A stretch of DNA of 64,000 bases from Nitrobacter sp. GTDB lineage: Bacteria; Pseudomonadota; Alphaproteobacteria; Rhizobiales; Xanthobacteraceae. The position numbers and the translations under genes are program-made. Position 1 is the first letter of the stretch. Each line of letters opens with the position of its first letter. The notes below the pieces were generated by a model. It saw only the letters and a program-made list of their open reading frames with translations. It was not told the origin of the DNA and did not search any database. The stretch lies in contig NZ_JBPPLY010000009.1 in assembly GCF_051535215.1 (NCBI RefSeq), forward strand, positions 67,417-131,416, in the 5' to 3' direction. Below are positions 58,775 to 64,000 of this stretch, one piece after another.

Positions 58775-58790
58775 TTAACGACGGGTTCAC
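58775..58790. promoter_or_regulatory. Possible CtrA site upstream of cheZ
   Basis: TTAA-N7-TTCAC (one mismatch to TTAA-N7-TTAAC), about 60 bp from the cheZ start. Confidence 0.35.
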
Positions 58791-59027
58791 GCGGGGAACC
58801 GTGGTCCATCCGTTGTCTCCGGCCGGCGATTAACACGTCGAAAGCCCGTTCATCGAAAATAAACGCTACCGCACAAAACCTCGTGGCATTGAGGACGTGG
58901 TGAATCGAAACGCCGGTTCTGTTTACCAAACCGATGCGGTTTTGATTTTAATTTGCTCGCGTGCAAGACGCGTTATCGGGCGCTCACATGGCGACCCGCC
59001 CACGGCGAAACAGTACAGAGTACGTCG

Positions 59028-59819
59028 ATGTTCAAAAAACTATTCTTCGCGCTCCTCGCGGGCGTGTCGCTTGCTGGCCTTGGCGTTCAGCAAACCTTTG
59101 CGAGAGAACCGCAAGCCAGGTTCTTTACCGAGCCTGTGGTGGTTTATGCCGATCAGTCCGCGCCGCAGCCGGCCGAGCAGCACGTGGCCTATGCCGAGCG
59201 GTCCAACATGGGCAGCAACAACATGGGCGGCGGGTTCATCGAGTTTCTGTTCGGCGACGGACAGCAGCAAGGATCGCATTACCAGCAGCAGCCGTATGAT
59301 ACGCGCCCGCTCTATGCGCCGCAGCCGCAGCTTATGCCGGAGCAGGACGCAAGCGAGGCCGCGCATCCCGCGTTCGATCCGAAATTCGAGAAGCAGCTCG
59401 TCGATTATCACGGCAAGGAAGCCGCCGGCACCATCGTTATCGACACGTCGAGCAAGTTTCTCTATCTCGTGCAGGGCGACGGCAGGGCGCTACGCTACGG
59501 GGTCGGCGTCGGCAAGCCGGGCTTCCTCTGGGCCGGCGTCAAGACGGTCACGGCCAAGAAGGAATGGCCGGACTGGACGCCGCCGGCGGAAATGCTCAAG
59601 CGTCGTCCGGATTTGCCGCGCCACATGGAAGGCGGGCCGCAGAATCCGCTGGGCGCCCGCGCCATGTATCTCGGCTCCTCGCTCTACCGCATCCACGGCT
59701 CCAACGAACCCTGGACGATCGGCACCAACGTGTCGTCCGGATGCATCCGGATGCGCAATGAGGACGTGATTGATCTTTACGGTCGCGTTCACGTCGGCGC
59801 CAAGGTGGTCGTGATCTGA
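59028..59819 (+). CDS. L,D-transpeptidase (YkuD family)
   Basis: Signal peptide, 'GGGFIEFLFG', 'RYGVGVGKPG', 'NPLGARAMYL', 'YRIHGSNEPWTIG..VSSGCIRM'. Confidence 0.93.
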   Translation: MFKKLFFALLAGVSLAGLGVQQTFAREPQARFFTEPVVVYADQSAPQPAEQHVAYAERSNMGSNNMGGGFIEFLFGDGQQQGSHYQQQPYDTRPLYAPQPQLMPEQDASEAAHPAFDPKFEKQLVDYHGKEAAGTIVIDTSSKFLYLVQGDGRALRYGVGVGKPGFLWAGVKTVTAKKEWPDWTPPAEMLKRRPDLPRHMEGGPQNPLGARAMYLGSSLYRIHGSNEPWTIGTNVSSGCIRMRNEDVIDLYGRVHVGAKVVVI

Positions 59820-59842
59820 CGCAGGGACGTTGCCCAAAACAG

Positions 59843-59869
59843 AAACGGCCGCCCGTGGGCGGCCGTTTT
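59843..59869. terminator. Bidirectional terminator between the LDT and DUF2076 genes
   Basis: AAACGGCCGCCC-GT-GGGCGGCCGTTTT perfect stem with A/T flanks. Confidence 0.8.
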
Positions 59870-59892
59870 GTCGTCGCGGGACTTCGGAGACC

Positions 59893-60702
59893 TCAGGCGT
59901 AATCGTCGCCGTCGTCGAAGTCGGCGAACTCGTCCGAATCCATATCCATCTCGTCGGCGTCGTCCTGGTCCTGATCCTGGTCCTGATCGGCATCCGCCTG
60001 GGCCTGGTCGAACGAACTGGTTTGCGACGTGGCGTCGTGTTGTGACCCGATATCACCGACGCCGGCGTCGCGCGCCAGATTGCTTCCCGACTGATCGCCG
60101 CCGCCCCATGGGCTGCGCGAGCCAAGTCCGCCCGCGTCTCCGAAGCTGCTGGCATGGGCGGGGCCGCCCATCATGGAGCGGATGCTGTTCAGAAGCAGAC
60201 CGCCGCCCACCGCACCCGCAGCCGCCGCCGCCGCCGTTCCGAGAAACGAACCGCCGCCCGGCTGCGGCGGGGGCGTGCCATAGGGTTGACCGGCAGGGGG
60301 CTGACCGGCAGGTCCCTGATTGTAGCGCCCAGGCTGTTCGGCCTGCTGCAGCACCTGTCCGGTGTTCCAGGCCGGCTGGCTCGACGGCGTGGGCGGAGGT
60401 TGTACGTTCGGAACCGAACCGCGCGATTTGCCAAAAACGGTATCGCGCATCTGATCCAGGAACCCGCCTGCAGGGGCCTGATCGGCAGCGCCGCCGCTCT
60501 CCAGTTGCTGGATGCGGTCGTTGGCGCGCTTGAGGGCTTCATCCTGAACCAGAACCGTCTGGACCAGCGTGTACAGAGCATTGGGCGCCCGCCGCAGGCC
60601 CTCGGCGATGGCGGCGGCGGCGGTCTGATCGCGTGGCGCGTTCTCGACGCCGGCGAGGCGGGTGAAGAGGTCGTCAACCAACTGGCGTTCTTGCGGCGTC
60701 AT
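59893..60702 (-). CDS. DUF2076-type protein
   Basis: 'MTPQERQLVDDLF.RL', 'PNALYTLVQTVLVQDEALKRA..RI..LE', 'SFLGTAAAAAAGAVGG.LL', acidic tail. Confidence 0.85.
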   Translation of the reverse strand: MTPQERQLVDDLFTRLAGVENAPRDQTAAAAIAEGLRRAPNALYTLVQTVLVQDEALKRANDRIQQLESGGAADQAPAGGFLDQMRDTVFGKSRGSVPNVQPPPTPSSQPAWNTGQVLQQAEQPGRYNQGPAGQPPAGQPYGTPPPQPGGGSFLGTAAAAAAGAVGGGLLLNSIRSMMGGPAHASSFGDAGGLGSRSPWGGGDQSGSNLARDAGVGDIGSQHDATSQTSSFDQAQADADQDQDQDQDDADEMDMDSDEFADFDDGDDYA

Positions 60703-60820
60703 GGCGCTCTCCCGATAAGGTGGCGGATGGGGATGTAGGAGCGCTTTGTGTCGCAAACAGTATCGCGGCCGATTAAATTTCAGTGTGCGACAATTGAGGC
60801 GGGGCTTGCGGTCGGGTGAA

Positions 60821-61663
60821 TCAGCCCAGTGTCACCCGATTCGCCGCCAGCATGTCGCGAAAGCCGTCCCCGGACAGGAACGCATATTCCCGCTCCCGCT
60901 GGTCGGTTACGGGATCGAGCGCGATCAGCGTGTCGTCGACAAAGCCGGGATGGCACATGATCAGGCCGTCGTCCGGCGAGCCGCCGAGAAAGTCCTGCAT
61001 CAGCGCGCCGAAGTCGGGCGTGGTGAAATCGTAGGCGCCGGCGAATGCCGGATTGAAGCGGACGCCGGCGCGCACGGCCTGGCGGCGAAAGCCGGCGCTC
61101 AAGACATCGAGAAGCAGCGCCTTCGGCATACCGAACCGCCGCGCCAGCGGTCGGCGGCGGCCGCACTGGCGCACCCACGCGCCGGGGGCGGCGTTTTTGA
61201 CCGCCGACAGGAAGGCGCCGCGCACCTGCGGGAAAATCTGCACGTGCTGATGCCCGTCGACGTAGTCGGGCGCGCGGCCGAACCGCTCGGCAAACGCCGC
61301 GATCTGCGCCTTGACCTCGTCGAAAATCATCTCGGGCTCGAGCCGGCGCGACAGGCTTGCGCGCAGCATCTTCGAAAGTGGCGGAAACAGTCCGCCCTGA
61401 AGCGGCCGGTAATGCAGGGTGAGCGGATGAAACGGCGCGGTCAGGGTGACATGCAGGCCGATGAGGCAATGCGGATTATGGGCGACGGCCGCCTCCAGTA
61501 TCCCGACCTCTTCGCGTCCGGCGGCGGGACCGACCACCATCACCGATGTCGCATTGACGCGCTCGCGCTCGATCAGATCGCGGATCGCCCGGTTGACGCC
61601 GGGACTGATGCCGTAATCGTCAGCGCAGAGCCGGATTCGCCGCTGCGGTTGGTTGCCGTTCAT
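60821..61663 (-). CDS. ChbG/HpnK (YdjC)-family deacetylase
   Basis: 'LCADDYGISPGV', 'IGLHVTLT', 'PDYVDGHQHVQ', 'IMCHPGF'; ATGA overlap with the GT2 gene. Confidence 0.88.
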   Translation of the reverse strand: MNGNQPQRRIRLCADDYGISPGVNRAIRDLIERERVNATSVMVVGPAAGREEVGILEAAVAHNPHCLIGLHVTLTAPFHPLTLHYRPLQGGLFPPLSKMLRASLSRRLEPEMIFDEVKAQIAAFAERFGRAPDYVDGHQHVQIFPQVRGAFLSAVKNAAPGAWVRQCGRRRPLARRFGMPKALLLDVLSAGFRRQAVRAGVRFNPAFAGAYDFTTPDFGALMQDFLGGSPDDGLIMCHPGFVDDTLIALDPVTDQREREYAFLSGDGFRDMLAANRVTLG

Positions 61664-62706
61664 TCGGCGGCGGTCCGGTGCGGCTCGCCGGCGGATGGTT
61701 CGCTGTCGGCCTGCTTCACGCTGTGTTCGGCGACGAAGTAAATCGGCCGCGCCTTCAGTTCGGAAAGGATCTTGCCGATGTATTCGCCCATGATGCCGAT
61801 CATCAGGAGTTGCACGCCGCCGAGGGTCATGAGGCCGACCACCAGGGATGGATAGCCGGGGACCGTTTCGCCATCGACCCAAGTTTCCCACAGGATCGAC
61901 AGGCCGAACAGGAAGGCCGCGAATGCGAGCAGCAGGCCGAGCAGGCTGGCCAGCCGCAGCGGCGCCACCGAGAACGAGGTCAGTCCCTCGATCGACAGGC
62001 CGAGCAGCCGCGCCGCATTGAACGTGGACATGCCGTGGGTGCGGACGTCGGGCTCGTAGTCGACGCGGAACTGGCGGAAGCCGATCCAGCTTGCCAGCCC
62101 CTTGAAGAAGCGGTTGCGCTCGGGCATCTGGCGCAGCGCGGCGGCGGCGCGGGGCGACAGCAGGCGGAAGTCGCCGGCGTCCTCGGGGATCCGCTGGCGC
62201 GCGCCCCAGTTGATGATCGCGTAGAAGCTGTGCACGCCGATCCGGCGCAGCAGCGACTCGTTCGTCCGGTGCGCCTTCGCCGTGTAGATGACGTCATAGC
62301 CGCCGTTGATCCAGTGATCCACCAACCGCTCCACGAGGTCGGGGGAATGCTGGCCGTCGCCATCCATGAACAGCAGCGCGCCGCGCCGGGCGTGGTCCAG
62401 TCCTGCCAGCAACGCGGCTTCCTTGCCGAAGTTGCGCGACAGCGACAGCACCTGCACGTCCAGCGCGTCGGCCGGCAGCGCGCGGGCGACGTTCAGCGTG
62501 CCGTCGGTCGAGCCGTCGTCGATGTAGACCACCTCGCAGGCGAGACCGAAACGCTGCCTCAGCTTTGCCGCCAGCGCGCCGAGGCGTTCGTGAAGCTGCT
62601 GCAGCCCGGCGGCCTCGTTGTAAATGGGAATCACGATCGACAGACCCTGCGCGACCGCGGCGGCCGCGTCCGAAGGCAGACCGGGAAGGCTCGGCGTTGG
62701 CGTCAT
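61660..62706 (-). CDS. Family 2 glycosyltransferase (GtrB/ArnC-like, two C-terminal TM)
   Basis: 'LSIVIPIYNEA', 'IDDGSTDGT', 'LSRNFGKEAALLAG', 'MDGDGQH', 'GDFRLL', 'IGIMGEYIG'. Confidence 0.92.
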   Translation of the reverse strand: MTPTPSLPGLPSDAAAAVAQGLSIVIPIYNEAAGLQQLHERLGALAAKLRQRFGLACEVVYIDDGSTDGTLNVARALPADALDVQVLSLSRNFGKEAALLAGLDHARRGALLFMDGDGQHSPDLVERLVDHWINGGYDVIYTAKAHRTNESLLRRIGVHSFYAIINWGARQRIPEDAGDFRLLSPRAAAALRQMPERNRFFKGLASWIGFRQFRVDYEPDVRTHGMSTFNAARLLGLSIEGLTSFSVAPLRLASLLGLLLAFAAFLFGLSILWETWVDGETVPGYPSLVVGLMTLGGVQLLMIGIMGEYIGKILSELKARPIYFVAEHSVKQADSEPSAGEPHRTAAE

Positions 62707-62780
62707 CGCTTGGGTCCGGCGTGGTCAATCTTCCTATGGTAGTGAGCGCGGCCGCGCGCTTCAACGGGCGGCCGCACGGT

Positions 62781-63758
62781 CTACTTCCGCAGGAATGCGT
62801 CCAGTTTTGCGAATAGCGGGTTCTCGCGATCGAAGACATAGTCCAGCGATGCAATCGACACCGTTTCGGCGCCGTGCTGACGCAAAAAGCTGCCGAGCGC
62901 ATAGAGCCGGTCCGGCGGGCAGTGCAGCGTGATCATGCCGGAAGACGTCGGTCCGCCGAACGGCGAGACCGCGCCGAAGCGATCCTGCGCCTCGGTGAGC
63001 AGCGCTGCATCGCAACCTTTGAATCGCGTCCGCACCTCGCGATACTGGCTGGCGCGGGCGCGCGCCGCGATGTGGTCGAAAATGATCCGCGCCGTTTCGC
63101 GCGCGCCGTTCGACCAGTCGGCATCGCGCGAGGCGACCAGGTTGGCCTGGCTGCGCAGGATGACGCCGTCGTCCAGCACCTTGAGGCCGTTGGCGGCAAG
63201 CGTCGCCCCAGTCGTCGTGATATCGACGATCATCTCGGCGGTGCCCACCGCGGGGGCGCCTTCCGTGGCGCCTGCGCTCTCGACGATGCGGTAGTCGACC
63301 ACGCCGTGCGAGGCGAAGAAGGCGCGGGTCAGGTTGATGTATTTGGTCGCGACGCGCATCCGCCGGTTGTGTTGCGCACGAAAGCCGGTCGCCACGTCGT
63401 CGAGGTCGGCGATGGTGCGCACGTCGATCCAGGATTGCGGCACCGCGACGACCACGTTGGCGCTGCCGAAGCCGAGACCGTTGATCAGCGCCACGCGCCT
63501 GTCGGCATCGACGATGCTTTCGCGGATCAGGTCTTCGCCGGTGACGCCGAGATGCACCGAGCCACGCGCGAGTTGCGCGGCGATCTCGCTCGCGGAGAGA
63601 TAGGCGATCTCGACGTTGTCGAGCTGGACGATAGTGCCGCGATAGTCGCGCACGCCGCCCGGTTTCGCCAGCGTCAGTCCGGCGCGAGCGAAAAAGGCTT
63701 CGGCGTTTTCCTGCAGGCGGCCCTTCGAAGGCACGGCCAGAACGAGAGGTGCGGTCAT
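62781..63758 (-). CDS. hisG: ATP phosphoribosyltransferase
   Basis: 'LAVPSKGRL', 'HLGVTGEDL', 'RVATKY', '[10 protein letters not shown]', '[15 protein letters not shown]'. Confidence 0.95.
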   Translation of the reverse strand: MTAPLVLAVPSKGRLQENAEAFFARAGLTLAKPGGVRDYRGTIVQLDNVEIAYLSASEIAAQLARGSVHLGVTGEDLIRESIVDADRRVALINGLGFGSANVVVAVPQSWIDVRTIADLDDVATGFRAQHNRRMRVATKYINLTRAFFASHGVVDYRIVESAGATEGAPAVGTAEMIVDITTTGATLAANGLKVLDDGVILRSQANLVASRDADWSNGARETARIIFDHIAARARASQYREVRTRFKGCDAALLTEAQDRFGAVSPFGGPTSSGMITLHCPPDRLYALGSFLRQHGAETVSIASLDYVFDRENPLFAKLDAFLRK

Positions 63759-64000
63759 GACGCGTTCCCGCCGGTGCGGCTCGTGGAGGATACGTTCGCG
63801 CACTTCGTCACCGCCTCGATCCAGATCGAGAAGCCGACTGCAGGGATCGGCGTCGTTGCGCCCAGTTGCGTCATCAGACCGTCGTAACGGCCACCGGCAA
63901 TCAGCGGCCCGTCGCCGCCGCCCTTGCGCTGCAGTTCGAATTCGAAACCCGTGTAGTAATCCACGCCGCGGCCGAACGCGGTGGCGAAACTGATTCTTCG
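63755..64000 (-). CDS. hisZ: ATP phosphoribosyltransferase regulatory subunit, C-terminal fragment (runs off right edge)
   Basis: '[15 protein letters not shown]', 'AGGRYDGL', 'IPAVGFSIW'; overlaps the hisG start. Confidence 0.88.
   Translation of the reverse strand, partial: RRISFATAFGRGVDYYTGFEFELQRKGGGDGPLIAGGRYDGLMTQLGATTPIPAVGFSIWIEAVTKCANVSSTSRTGGNAS

Noticed and set aside
59940-60000. Short tandem repeat (DQDQDQ) in the DUF2076 tail as a phase-variable tract
   Set aside because: In-frame low-complexity acidic tail; slippage would not shift the frame.

Overview
A GC-rich (roughly 63-65% by eye) alphaproteobacterial chromosome segment, very likely Nitrobacteraceae/Bradyrhizobiaceae, judged from the GlyS, GroEL and PhaR sequences and the family-typical intergenic repeats. 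Most of it is core or near-core: truA-fmt-def, rmuC, ampG-like MFS, phbAB/phaR, ispB, glyQS, glcDEF, groESL (with a CIRCE-like box and a sigma32-like promoter), a cheZ-like gene, a GT2/ChbG pair and hisG-hisZ. Accessory blocks are (i) an orphan UgpB-like binding protein divergent from a three-gene kinase relay and an ECF sigma; (ii) a soxXYZA(K)B cluster with no soxCD in the window, followed by two exported DsrE-like proteins, a GlcG/HbpS protein and a persulfide dioxygenase-rhodanese fusion; (iii) a MarR/VOC/MFS module; and (iv) the best candidate for an undescribed system, 31.3-36.5 kb. That locus is a LuxR-type regulator divergent from a four-gene operon of exported proteins: a cationic 11-mer-repeat protein, a Q/N-rich repeat protein, a two-barrel outer-membrane protein and a small Cys-containing protein. 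Other notable signals are a ~41% GC in-frame block inside the essential glyS gene, a histone H1-like protein with a His-rich tail, and more than 12 modular REP/RIME-like palindromic elements, several inside operons. I saw no tRNA, rRNA, CRISPR array, transposase, integrase or phage gene. All annotations come from motif recognition by eye with no database searches, and several start codons were moved from the ORF track to likelier downstream starts.
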